DNA of 64,000 nucleotides from IMG/VR virus record IMGVR_UViG_3300005265_000028. One strand, given 5' to 3'. Both the position numbers and the translations under genes were made by a program. The notes under the pieces are model-generated. The model was given only the letters and a program-made list of their open reading frames with translations. It made no database searches and had not been told where the DNA came from. Shown piece by piece: positions 11,301 to 20,800 of this stretch; the first letter of the stretch is position 1; each line of letters starts with the position of its first letter. Source of the stretch: an uncultured virus (IMG/VR IMGVR_UViG_3300005265_000028). Its lineage: Duplodnaviria > Heunggongvirae > Uroviricota > Caudoviricetes.

Positions 11301-12891
11301 AGCGTTTGTGATGCGTTACCTCATGTCGAAAGGATACAGGGAACTCATAAGTGCTATACTCAACTTGAGCGGTTACCTTACGAACATAGGCTGCACAACA
11401 CCGATCCTTGCGACAGCTGAAATTATTGGTATGACCGACAAGCTGATCCATACTCTGATATACAGACCGAACGAAATAATAAATGATATAGGTGGCGCAT
11501 TCGCAAATATATATGAGAGTGCGATAGAAGATGTTGCAGCACTTGGCTTAAAAGAGACTGAGATGATGCTAACATTCGAAACATCAACATTTGGGCATGG
11601 TGCTTATCGGTCGTTCATAAAACAGATGCGTGCGCTTACTGAAGCTGGTTCAGCTGATGATGTTGCACATATAATAGCTGAGCTTACCAAAATACGTACC
11701 GAGATAGAAGAAGCTACTAAGGCTGCACCCGCTATAGAGAAGATGTTTGCAGAACGTGCTATAAAGTTATCGAGCGCTGATATCATAGCTAAAGCGTTAG
11801 CAGAAGCTGACGAGAAAGTGTTACAGACTGTGCTTAAACTGGCAATAACAGAGGCTGATGAAGCGTTATCAAAGGCGACGGTAGTTAAAGCTGCAGAGAC
11901 TATGTTGTTAACAAGAGGTACGCTCGGGAAGATTATATTACGTTCGTTGCTATCACCGTTCTCAACTGCAGGTTCAGCATTAGGCACTGTTTTGCTCGGG
12001 CCAGTCGGAGGTACTGTAGGTTGGTTCATTGGGTTTGCGTTAGATGTTGTGTTATACGATATGTTACTATCGATACCACTAACATATTTCAACAGATACT
12101 TCGATGACGAATACGCTTTGGAGCTATCTGTGTTAACATATCGTGGCCGTGAATTCACAGCAGGCCTGAACGGGCACCATCTCAACGAAATAACCGGCCG
12201 TTCTATCACCGGGAGAGTTAACGGGCCGTATAATTATTTCAAAGGTTATGACTTGTTACTCAAATCACTCGGCAACGAAGCTAATCGTGTTACACAAATA
12301 GAAGAATATAGCGAGTTATTTGATAGCAACGGTTACACCTATGGTTCATTAACTACTGTATCCACAGATATGGGGGCACAACTGGCAGCTGCTGCGCTTA
12401 ACTATATGAACGATAGTTATTATAGTAGTGGTAAGACGCCGTATTCGCCAGGCACACGTGATATGTGTGCTTATCTCATAAGAGATATAGCGCATATAGC
12501 CGGTTGGGAGCTGGCAGTTGCTAATAAACCAGCTGATAATTGGGATCCAACATATAACTACGGTCCCGGATACGCTAATTCATTAACTGGTTGCGGACCG
12601 TTCTATAAGGTAACAGAAGACAACAAAGCATCTGTTATCAACAGTATACAGCCTGGTGATATCTTGTTCTTCGCACGTTACATAAATACCGGTATAACAT
12701 CTGTGCCGGACGGTTATTACATAGCGCATGTCGGGTTAGCTATTAATAACACACAGATGATACATTACAGCTCGTCAGCTGGTTATTTACCTAAAGTTGT
12801 TGATATCAAAGCGTATTGCGATTACTCTGATCTATACGGTGTATGTAGACCAGTCGCAATGAACAACAAACCTATAATGAAGAGGCGGTGA
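5368..12891 (+). CDS. Very large baseplate hub/tail-tip-like protein with C-terminal NlpC/P60 peptidoglycan hydrolase domain
   Basis: 2507 aa. Hub-like segment CTLELSN...LRPGVRIHLRLGY...FNGTVTEV...IIAQGDG; hydrophobic stretches; C-terminal DMCAYLI...QPGDILFF...HVGLA....MIH (Cys-His-His). Confidence 0.7.
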   Translation: MSNNDTKNIEYISEEQDKHTQKDVNDIYNRVNSVFDEVDLPIDDKTGISLLDYPDRYIGDERFVRQGYIRIGDSIFRCPPTAISVRVTNDVHAIPLVRSSTMQLFSTGKCEKVVSIELYFNGRSEIYGIERSVPYYEDGVIRYRNVPHPNTLRALVAQFKRMPFVPVESHELIKYGIDALALLQLDIETVPNYPNLLKATITATQYEYRHVLPGMYRLQDWIIWPVWRWHWRNEYIDTAATDNSADVSNRIDAPPEDDKPFNEIKFYVLDKSELEKRKIARQKIDLSLGEAYKWTESELIKHAYAWDMDYENIHVISMHISFTNQFSALQLLDSEHSALQFMGGNNCVVQFNGYCRDYTIDKFEAMFGRIRELVRSYHFEINSGFFFIENELLNKLNVHNFIPSRYEFTTVQNQPSLRAFTIQAMEFDTQQSAYEQFKRIRTILTQEKLQRLRIDDTNSTLSEINRAIHAAITEKALSNSSVVAFASITGRLEVLKGVNVYRILDYRKSGMFKNAGYKQSAMEAMKSMELYPDLSLPTVEDLVHSIIGISADFVRHGGKPLVIYEISKQEQDRVSAVAGQIMEIASNMITTNIPDAAQTLDLYNSQLRYRIDINSIKPGLIDIAMFYTGGLYVDPDFYMYKLNYNPFVESLLGQAELSADEYIVERTRQQYIGKYRLPRSADIDEAVGAFALNTTMIENMHHVIMAGDKQGLTPIDVYTDLMTDSTAVAAAISEFYTGKLFGPNNDPTEYIEKVDSNDIPGIEIYRDNEYKKEHVDMLWKLLRESIGQHIQDSPMYYLQKLESKQTNIMTPPVIYAAVYAKFGFESLNINEADDVFEFVELFSKELNMAEAFRGDDTVQLDIWQRIRIWVADTLNYAERYMKWQLDTIDLFTNIIYAYMLASFKHNKTRFSFPREPIGTVGVPVELSPTTGAAENIVWPNLESLQPGIMEELIKFTQALVVYIDIYSYEMTYHAKITNETAIAINETIASGASVSETDINYTNLVRAIGRTMHLKEGIDLIRVINGLNAAEHSGYNDYKSVLISSPMLELNFNNLVSNNKEDYNSYWAFGPLQLLLYDIGEPVFDNVSDEKFQEYRKQYKKLMLPSKTAYVSHGTVPTDVETMIVTQLNYKRDFIRKFMNYMLSNLHVYYEACLWLLRSKLKDIDAGLVDENYLRAICTAWYSKSDDNYYRCFMLGYEQEVPEIRNNPEHYNALLQAMGNVFNVNATTYQSADAGAKQMSSIFDQYREEKYKTIGVETNTAGLGFMQFVRYGAPFDHTTQFEHFWGHYIDLFENTFFGRIITAFPSYCLLIIDEAESGFIAYNPIYNSSAALISCSIRRDWKDPVDVCTLELSNCYRHLSSYLADQYLANMQYRHNWFSAIGLLMPGVLDRAFGFYIKERNYRYILNQREKDIQALILRPGVRIHLRLGYSANAMNMPIAFNGTVTEVAPAGDTLSIIAQGDGVELVKKIPATNMAADIRTFNFGWEPRELIVHMMMSRGDMFNRGITQYWWEILRRFLEGSLAGRIFARNPLGIKHFGDPLYFDLQDVDFSTLNTYDKIFIEINKIISDVTNIYTGGKIESKFLGGIPSFAIACTLPLVAGVGIYYIGLPILSAVAAAPIIGIPLAAATVGGIFAATYYISKYFKLTARKACGEIGENVYSITGYEEDENGEIPLGRLNSDLGFLHSKKVGMNMYIFNKSPWDLMRLMADANPNFVVAVRPFEFRSTLFFGQPYYQYRYSYSRVGIDECLANDKFIKYYGIPMCYLMKTFSQIHLAHSSLNMFGNNITASEDEMCNQIIATYYTQPGLSQSNMAAETQVVSRWIYPERRKTNIVDTNYVGFTMDDSLQMRYFALPFKNWILKPFYNMHTRYYTTREKARMIARSILRDYVRQMYQGYVTVIGNGTIWPHDKMYINDNYNDMRGMSIVQQVNIHFSKETGFVNNVRVGPYAYVKGDKKLLELTAHGRLMGMTAVLVTQAFVMRYLMSKGYRELISAILNLSGYLTNIGCTTPILATAEIIGMTDKLIHTLIYRPNEIINDIGGAFANIYESAIEDVAALGLKETEMMLTFETSTFGHGAYRSFIKQMRALTEAGSADDVAHIIAELTKIRTEIEEATKAAPAIEKMFAERAIKLSSADIIAKALAEADEKVLQTVLKLAITEADEALSKATVVKAAETMLLTRGTLGKIILRSLLSPFSTAGSALGTVLLGPVGGTVGWFIGFALDVVLYDMLLSIPLTYFNRYFDDEYALELSVLTYRGREFTAGLNGHHLNEITGRSITGRVNGPYNYFKGYDLLLKSLGNEANRVTQIEEYSELFDSNGYTYGSLTTVSTDMGAQLAAAALNYMNDSYYSSGKTPYSPGTRDMCAYLIRDIAHIAGWELAVANKPADNWDPTYNYGPGYANSLTGCGPFYKVTEDNKASVINSIQPGDILFFARYINTGITSVPDGYYIAHVGLAINNTQMIHYSSSAGYLPKVVDIKAYCDYSDLYGVCRPVAMNNKPIMKRR

Positions 12892-12897
12892 TGTCGA

Positions 12898-13869
12898 ATG
12901 AGGTATCCAGATTCAAGGCGTCATAATGCGTTACAACAATACATAGACAACAGGATCGAAAAGATCGTACCTTCGTTTGCCGGAGGAATATTAGCTAAAG
13001 TTGTTGGCTACATAAAAGAATACTTCGATTATAACCCTGAGCAGAACAATATAGGTAATAATCAGGGGATCCCGTCTATATCGCTTGTTACCGATGAAGA
13101 AAAAGAGAACAGCAACATAGATAATAACGACAACCCAGCTGACACTAACACTAATACTGACGATATTGTTATAAAAGATGTGAACCTTGTTACTCCAAAT
13201 ACCGATAATGATGATACCAAGACTGAATTGTTTGATAGTATGAAATGGCATCATCCGTTGGAAAATACCGACAATTTTTCACCTGATGTAAGTAGCAATA
13301 AGATAACATTCGATGACACCAACGCTGGCACAGTGTATGCTATTGATGATATGACGATAAAATCTATACATCAACATCATTCCAAACTATTCGACATAGA
13401 GTTTCTTCTTCTGACAACTAACACCGGAACGACTGTAACATACAAAAATATAATAGTGTCATATGATGATATTTATATAGACAAGTATTACAAACGCGGA
13501 GAAGTAATTGGTCGTTATACTGGAGAAGGAGAATTTTATGGGAAAACAGTTGATTTCGAAATAATAATAAATTCCGGTCGCACAGAAAACAATAAAGATA
13601 CACACAAAGAGACCACTAAAAACGATGATGATAATGTTTCATTAATACCTGCGCCTGGGCTCAGATACGCGGAGTTCGATTCGCGTGGTCGTCATAATTA
13701 CGAAAATATAAGCGTAAAGGTAGAATATGTATCACATTCCGGTAATGTGATACAAGAAAGGCTACCGTTAGCGTATAACGCTACACCTTCGAATAATAAT
13801 ATATCTGTACGGTATAGCATACGGTATATCAAATTTAAAGAATACGCCGTATTCGTAATGGAGAGGTGA
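12898..13869 (+). CDS. Virion-associated protein with degenerate M23 peptidase-like domain
   Basis: WHHPL...GTVYAIDDMTI...YKNI...GEVIGRYTG...VDFEI resembles an M23 fold without the Zn-binding HxxxD/HxH motifs; located in the tail module. Confidence 0.4.
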   Translation: MRYPDSRRHNALQQYIDNRIEKIVPSFAGGILAKVVGYIKEYFDYNPEQNNIGNNQGIPSISLVTDEEKENSNIDNNDNPADTNTNTDDIVIKDVNLVTPNTDNDDTKTELFDSMKWHHPLENTDNFSPDVSSNKITFDDTNAGTVYAIDDMTIKSIHQHHSKLFDIEFLLLTTNTGTTVTYKNIIVSYDDIYIDKYYKRGEVIGRYTGEGEFYGKTVDFEIIINSGRTENNKDTHKETTKNDDDNVSLIPAPGLRYAEFDSRGRHNYENISVKVEYVSHSGNVIQERLPLAYNATPSNNNISVRYSIRYIKFKEYAVFVMER

Positions 13870-13873
13870 TGAC

Positions 13874-14410
13874 ATGGAACGTTCAAGACGGATAGCAGCT
13901 GATATGCTCGATGTAGATAACAAACGCGATAGCGTAAAAACTAATATGCGCATACGTCTCAGAGCAGACGAAGACTATATAATCAATGTCGGCAAAGACG
14001 TATATGGGATACTGAATAATCAACACATAACATTCGGTTATGATGATGAGCGCGTAACTAACAGATATGATATATTATATGCGGACAACAAACAGAAGGT
14101 CACAACCGGCACTTATGATATCGAATGTGATACGTTTAATATGAACACAGCTGAATATATTCTGAACGGGAGGGTGTTGAATGATGACGTTATGATGGGC
14201 GCTGAGTTCGTTCAGCTGAGCAGTAATGTTATCGAAGCACTCAAACGGTTACATAATATCGATACTGCTATGCCGGTTATAACAGATGAAGATATCAAAC
14301 GAGTACCGATATTTCAAGTGGATACGGATAGCAAAACCAGACGCGCTAGATACTTGAGCTCATTCGATTTACCGGAACTCAAGCTCAATAAACGGGACGA
14401 TCTGCTCTAA
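13874..14410 (+). CDS. Hypothetical tail/baseplate protein
   Basis: 178-aa ORF with GAGG RBS, tightly tiled in the virion module. Confidence 0.5.
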   Translation: MERSRRIAADMLDVDNKRDSVKTNMRIRLRADEDYIINVGKDVYGILNNQHITFGYDDERVTNRYDILYADNKQKVTTGTYDIECDTFNMNTAEYILNGRVLNDDVMMGAEFVQLSSNVIEALKRLHNIDTAMPVITDEDIKRVPIFQVDTDSKTRRARYLSSFDLPELKLNKRDDLL

Positions 14411-14415
14411 CGTTA

Positions 14416-14436
14416 ATGCTATAATTTATATAGCAT
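14416..14436 (+). promoter_or_regulatory. Extended -10-like element (TGCTATAAT) inside a short inverted repeat
   Basis: atgctata-attta-tatagcat in the only sizeable gap of the structural block, upstream of ATG 14471. Confidence 0.35.
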
Positions 14437-14470
14437 AGTATACTATAAATTGAGATTTGGAGATGTATTT

Positions 14471-15940
14471 ATGTATACACAGATACACGAGAACGAGATA
14501 TACAACGGATGTATATATGACCAGCATATCAATTCAGCTGCCAATATAGCTGGCAGCAAGATACAACAGGCTACGATAACGACACGAGGAACAGTTGTAT
14601 TCGCTTCAGATGGCGAAGTAGCCGCTTCAAAAGCGGTCCAAGCGAACGACTCACGGTTACATACACAGGGAAGTGATAGTGGCACAACAGCTAATACTTA
14701 TACAGTTAACACTGACTATTCAGCTGGTGATGCGACTACAATAGTGTTGATGCCAGATGGCGCTATACGTTTCAATGATACCACTAACTACTTGGAATAC
14801 TGTAACGATTACAGTACAACCAAGACTTGGTACAGGCTCATAGGACTCGATGAGCCTGATGTTATAGATTTGAGTACCAAACATCTGATACTACCGATGA
14901 CTTATCCGAATGCTGCGCATGGTAAATCAGACGGCTCTATAGTATGGGACCCCGATATACGACAAGCGTATATATACGAAGATGCTAATACTATGTATCT
15001 CCCATTCGGCTATAGCGCGTTCTATAGGACAACGAAGACCGGCGCAGATTCGAATGACCCTGCGCATACAGAGTTCGAGTTATATCACGGAGCGTTTCTG
15101 CCGGATGGTATGAACCTAGAGGTCTTTGTTAATGGTCAGCTGAAGACTTCGTTCGGTGCTGCGCCTGATTACATGGTGATAGATCAACGTACGATAAGTT
15201 TCTTCACACCATTAAATGCAGCTGATGTAATCGAGATGGTAGTATATGCTGATATATTATTCCGTAACACCCAAACAGGTGCAGATGCTATAAATAACCC
15301 TACGAACACACAGTTCTATATAGGGCTTGATACCGATGATTACTCGAATGCTCAGCTGATGGTATATGTAAACGGTGTATTGTTACAGCCGACTGATTAC
15401 AGCGTTAACGGCGATGTTGTAACACTTATTAACCCGATTGCTGATACTGATGTGTTAGACACTATAGTCGTTATGAAGGGTATAACGGAGGGTGGCACAC
15501 AGAACGATATAACCGGTGTGTTATCAGATACGTTCAGAATCGGTATGCTGATGCACGAATGGCACGAAACACAGACGTTACTGTTCGGTCGTTCGCATAG
15601 TGAGGACGTAGGGCTCAGGAACAACCATGGTGTTATAGAATGGAAAGATTATGGCGACACATGGAAACCTATAAGCAATATAACGGGCGGCAGTGTCGCG
15701 GTTAAACATTACGAAGCATTCTATGGCTCAGAAGCTTCTGATGCACCTATTAACAAGCAATTCACAGTAACCGGAGTTAACTTGCCAGTTGATACGAACC
15801 AGATACAAGTGTTTGTTAACGGTCGGTTGCTATCGTACGGCAAGGGCGCATGGACCAAGTTGAACGATACGACTATAGAGCTAACTGATTACGTGGCTAA
15901 TAGTGATATCGTAGATATATATTTATATGAATTGGGTTGA
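14471..15940 (+). CDS. Tail fibre/collar-like protein with repeated VxVNG beta-sandwich units
   Basis: Three repeats: LEVFVNGQL, LMVYVNGVLL..DY, IQVFVNGRLL. N-terminal ATITTRGTV fibre-like motif. ATG 14471 follows GGAG. Confidence 0.6.
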   Translation: MYTQIHENEIYNGCIYDQHINSAANIAGSKIQQATITTRGTVVFASDGEVAASKAVQANDSRLHTQGSDSGTTANTYTVNTDYSAGDATTIVLMPDGAIRFNDTTNYLEYCNDYSTTKTWYRLIGLDEPDVIDLSTKHLILPMTYPNAAHGKSDGSIVWDPDIRQAYIYEDANTMYLPFGYSAFYRTTKTGADSNDPAHTEFELYHGAFLPDGMNLEVFVNGQLKTSFGAAPDYMVIDQRTISFFTPLNAADVIEMVVYADILFRNTQTGADAINNPTNTQFYIGLDTDDYSNAQLMVYVNGVLLQPTDYSVNGDVVTLINPIADTDVLDTIVVMKGITEGGTQNDITGVLSDTFRIGMLMHEWHETQTLLFGRSHSEDVGLRNNHGVIEWKDYGDTWKPISNITGGSVAVKHYEAFYGSEASDAPINKQFTVTGVNLPVDTNQIQVFVNGRLLSYGKGAWTKLNDTTIELTDYVANSDIVDIYLYELG

Positions 15941-16650
15941 TAGATATGAAGATACTATTCAGCGACGTACATCTTGGGCACGCGGATTTCATGAATATCA
16001 AAGAGTTCAACGATTTCCTTGAGCTATGTTACGACGATAAGTATGAAGAGGTTATAATAGTTGGTGATCTATTCGAGTTATGGACATCAACAGTCGAAAA
16101 TATATTGGGTTACTACAGGACACGTCAGCTGATGAAAAAGATAGCTGATAAAACCACCTTCGTGCCTGGTAACCACGATATGTTATGGCATTATCATCTC
16201 AAGGATTATTTCAAATTCAATAGAGTTGTATATCCAGAATATGTATTCAATTATTGCGATAAAGTATACTATGTATCTCATGGTCATACCTATAGCTTGG
16301 AATCACATTTCAGAGGTTACAAGATATTCAGTTTATTAATGAGTATAGGGATGTTCAGTAAATTGTTCTATGCTATGTTCAAGGAGCCGCAGTATCAATG
16401 GTTAGAAAAAATATATCGTCGTATCTCTGTTAATAACACTAATAACACGATAGATATACAACGTAATGCTGCAGAAGAATTGATAAAAACATATAACTAT
16501 GATTACATAATATTCGGACATACACATAGTATGCTATCAGAAGGCAAATATTATAACACTGGCAGCTGGCTGGAGGGTATGGATTATCTTGTGATAGATA
16601 ATGATGGTATGATAACGACTAATACATATAGTAGTATGAGGTTATTATGA
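15937..16650 (+). CDS. Calcineurin-like metallophosphoesterase (LpxH-like)
   Basis: Motifs SDVHLG, GDLFE, GNHD, SHGH, FGHTH, NTGSW. Confidence 0.85.
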   Translation: MIDMKILFSDVHLGHADFMNIKEFNDFLELCYDDKYEEVIIVGDLFELWTSTVENILGYYRTRQLMKKIADKTTFVPGNHDMLWHYHLKDYFKFNRVVYPEYVFNYCDKVYYVSHGHTYSLESHFRGYKIFSLLMSIGMFSKLFYAMFKEPQYQWLEKIYRRISVNNTNNTIDIQRNAAEELIKTYNYDYIIFGHTHSMLSEGKYYNTGSWLEGMDYLVIDNDGMITTNTYSSMRLL

Positions 16651-17021
16651 ACGATTTCAAATACAGCGAAGACTATGACCTATTGATCGATAGAGATTTT
16701 GTGTTGGCTTCACAATACGAATCTGATAAACAGCTGATACAGCTGAAACTTATTGGTGATAACACCGATTTCGTATTACAGAAAGAGCTGTGCGCAACTC
16801 TGAGCGATTATATAGGTGAGAATAACGACGAAACGACTGCTACTGCTGTTAATAATCGTGTGTATTCAGTATTAGCAGCTGATAGCATGCTTGATATATC
16901 AAGTATAAATGTATCGACTGTACCAGTTGATTATGATACTATAAATGTATCAGTATCGTATACCGCTAATGATGACGGGTATGTGAAACAAATATACGAA
17001 TACAGAGAGCTGGTGTTATAA
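16647..17021 (+). CDS. Baseplate wedge protein (gp25/W-like)
   Basis: 124 aa, typical size, directly upstream of a J-like gene; LSDYIGE.ND..T pattern. Confidence 0.55.
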   Translation: MNDFKYSEDYDLLIDRDFVLASQYESDKQLIQLKLIGDNTDFVLQKELCATLSDYIGENNDETTATAVNNRVYSVLAADSMLDISSINVSTVPVDYDTINVSVSYTANDDGYVKQIYEYRELVL

Positions 17022-17834
17022 ATGATTAAAGAATATGAACAGCTGAATGAGATCGCTGAACGCAGGCTTATTAATAGCTTACCATCGTTACAGATAAGAC
17101 GCGCAGGCTCAGCCTGTCGCAGTATGATGGAAGCATTCAACGCTGCGTTAGCTGATATATATATAGATGTGCTACACGAGATCAACCAAGCTGATATCAA
17201 TTCAGCTTCAGCTGATAACCTGACACGTATCGGGGAGACATACGGGGTGTTCAGAGCGCCTCATGAATCCGATGACGTTTATCGTGAACGTGTAATCAAA
17301 TCGTTCGTTACCAACACGATGACAACGAAACAGTACATACTGGAAAACGTGTATCGTTACAACAATGTAGCTGAAGTTATATACAAACCATATGTGGCGG
17401 GTAACGGTACGTTCGTGTTATACATAGTTCCAGTGAACAGTAGCATAAGTGATACCGAGTTGCGTAGTATACAGAACACTGTTAATAGCAGTGTCGCCGC
17501 TGGTTGTCGCGGGATAGTTAAACGTGCAGTTGTGCTTAGTGTTCAGCTGAAAGTTAATCTGATATTCAGCGACCCAGCTGATACGACCAGACGTAACGAT
17601 ATAAGGAACAGATGCGCTAATGAGCTAGTGAATTACATCAACACACGCAAGGCTGGACAACCGTTGATAATCAATGAGATACGCAGATTAGCTATGAATA
17701 CTGATGACAGCATATCAGATATATCAATCGAATACATACGTATAAACGGGAACAATATAATACTGAAGAACTATTACACTAAAGAATACGAGGTGTTAAG
17801 ACCAGCTGTTAACGCAGCTGTTATAGTCGCATGA
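17022..17834 (+). CDS. Baseplate J-like protein
   Basis: SASADNLTRIGETYGVFR...ESDDVYRERV; GNGTFVLYI; LVNYIN....GQPLIINEI. Confidence 0.7.
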   Translation: MIKEYEQLNEIAERRLINSLPSLQIRRAGSACRSMMEAFNAALADIYIDVLHEINQADINSASADNLTRIGETYGVFRAPHESDDVYRERVIKSFVTNTMTTKQYILENVYRYNNVAEVIYKPYVAGNGTFVLYIVPVNSSISDTELRSIQNTVNSSVAAGCRGIVKRAVVLSVQLKVNLIFSDPADTTRRNDIRNRCANELVNYINTRKAGQPLIINEIRRLAMNTDDSISDISIEYIRINGNNIILKNYYTKEYEVLRPAVNAAVIVA

Positions 17835-20800
17835 TACTATATAGTAAAGATGACAACATATTGAGTCAGCTGACACAACGAATGGCTGATACGCTCGGCA
17901 GCTTCATGGCTGCTGTTACTAATAGTATAACCGCTAAGTTCATAACTTCTGCTTCAGCTGGTTCTAATTGGCAGAAGTTCATTAACCCGTTCGCGTTAGA
18001 ACTAGACGAATCAGCTGAACTATGTGTTGATGCAGTCAAGTTCCCGTTATTCGCGATGAACAAATTGAGCCACGTATACACACTATCGATACCAGCTGAT
18101 ATAGATGATATAACAGATGTAGCCAGCGTTACAGTATCAGGTGATACCACGATGATGAAGTCCAGTTACATATGGGATTTCATTTATGGTTATCCGTTAG
18201 TGGTCAGCCATACCGTAACAGCTGTTACAGACACAGTGTTGGTTGGTAACCGCATAGCGTATGATCTGAACGGCGGGTATATGTTGAACTACGTAACTGT
18301 CAATGGGATAGAACGTGACGACTATATAGTCACGTATTCAGCTGGCTATCAGGCAATAAAGTTTACGAGTAACCTCAACATAAACGATGTAGTAGTAATA
18401 TCATATAGAACAGATAACACATTTTATTACGATAAAGATAATTATACACTCTATATACGCGGCCATATAGATGATACGGTAGATACTTTTTATCAATCAG
18501 ATACCGGCCAGTGGTATCCTGATACGCCGGTAATCGGACATGATGGTTACAAACCAGTATCGCATCATATATGGAATAGGCTAGATAGTTATGCGTTACT
18601 TAGTAATACGGAACGTAAGAGCGATGAGAACGATTCTGAATTCAAGGAACGCATAATAGACGCGTATTTGTATAGGCCGTCTCAGAATATAACAGGTATA
18701 CGTAATGTATTAGCGCAGAAGCTTGGGTTGATACAGCATACCACATGGCCAACTGATACTATTGATATCACACTTGATAATATATGGCCTGATAGTGTGC
18801 GTATAGATTACAAACCGTTACGTATGTATTCATTCGAGTTCGACGGGGTAGTTGTGCCGTCGAATGTCAATAACAATAGCGTTCGTGTATTCAGAAACGG
18901 ATTATTACTTAGAGCAGATGAAGATTATACTTTCGATGGATACACAGTATCGTTCACCAGGCCTCTGAAACCGTTAGAGAATGTAGTCATAGACTATCTG
19001 TTGCAGGATGACACGTATCCGACTTATGTGTTATACAAAGTGCCTAACACCCAGATAGATGGGGTCAACAGGTTATTCAACCTGCCACACCAACAGGTTA
19101 TCGGGAAAACACAGGTGTATCATAACCTGTTACGTAAGGTCAACAATGCGGATTATATAGAACACGATGGTTCAATAGAGTTCATCTCCACACCTACTAA
19201 TACAGATAATATATTCTTAGTGTATTACATACGCGACAATCATATTAATAACGGATACAGGTTCGAACGATATATTCCGACTGAACCGATTGATGGTGTG
19301 AACACGACATTCACGATACCAGAAGCAGCTAATACTGTTATGGTATACGTTAACGGCGGATACAAACATATAAATGACGATTATACGATGCCTAATAGTA
19401 GCACTGTCGTGTTACACCTTGCACCTGAAGTTGGTTCGACTGTCGAGATAGATTATTACGTACATAACGATAAGACACAGGGTGGTTGTGGCTACGAGCA
19501 GCTGAGCTTCATGTTACGGCCTGACGGCTCTATAGAATGGCATATAGGAACACTTATGCCATCTGAACACTATGCTGAATTATCCGTATCACTGAAATAT
19601 TTGCACGAAGACGAATCAACATTTGACGATGTGTATATGACAGCCAGTGTACGGACAAGTTCTCTGTATGCGACTGGACCGATATGGTTCAATACTCGTA
19701 GTTACATAAAACAGGATGTCTCTATGCTCGGTGGTGAAACGATAGCTAAGCGTATCACATTGGAGCCGACGAATAACGGGTATGTATCAGCTGAAACACG
19801 TGAACCTAATGAGTTATATGGTTACGTGCCGTATCACCCTGTAATAGATACACGATACGAGTATTACAACACACGCGATCTGGATGATAAATACATACGT
19901 TATAACGATAATATAGTATATGTATTCAAAGTACGGAACACCGGCAATATACGAGCAGAAGATGTTATATGTAACATCTATGTGCCACAACGTTTCGAGC
20001 TCATCGACAATGGCGGTGGCAGCTTCTCGTTACACTGCCATTCGCCAGCTGGTAAACGACATGATGTCAGATACATAAGAACAAGCAGATGGTCAGCTGA
20101 TACAGCTGAATCAATAAATATATATCATCTATGGGACGAGTATTACCAGACACGATTATTAATGCAGGATGGGACGCCTACTAATCAGCTGATAGAGTTC
20201 GTTAACACTCTTAACGACATAACATTACACTTATGGTCGAACGGGAAATGGGATGTATCGTTATGGGAAACGATGAGACGTATATACGGTGATGTGATAA
20301 GCTTTGTCACATATAATACGTATACATCGAAACATGAACTGGAAGCTGCAGATAGCCGGAATAATTCGTATAGCTATCTACCACACTACTGGGACCCGGA
20401 TATACGGTGTTACCAAACAACTGAACGGCAAGAGCTCGGGAATATACCACGCAGGATGGATTTCGTTAGCGGTATAGGGTTCGATAACGACCTTGAGCTA
20501 TCAGTTGATGATGAATTAGAGTATTTCAACGATACGGCAATAAATTCCTATAAAATCAAACTCAAACCCGGTGTGTTCTATCTGAATGATATAGAAGGTT
20601 ATCAGTATGCAGCGATAGGGTTAGTATCATTCGATACGACTAATCCGCTTGGCGCTAGTAACGATATAGCGATACCAGCTGATAGCACTGAGATAAGATG
20701 TATAGTCGTTGATGCTAACGAGCTATACGCTTGCAGATACACAGAGTTCTATGACTCCAGCAATAACAGGACACATACCAAATACGAAGTGTTACGTGGC

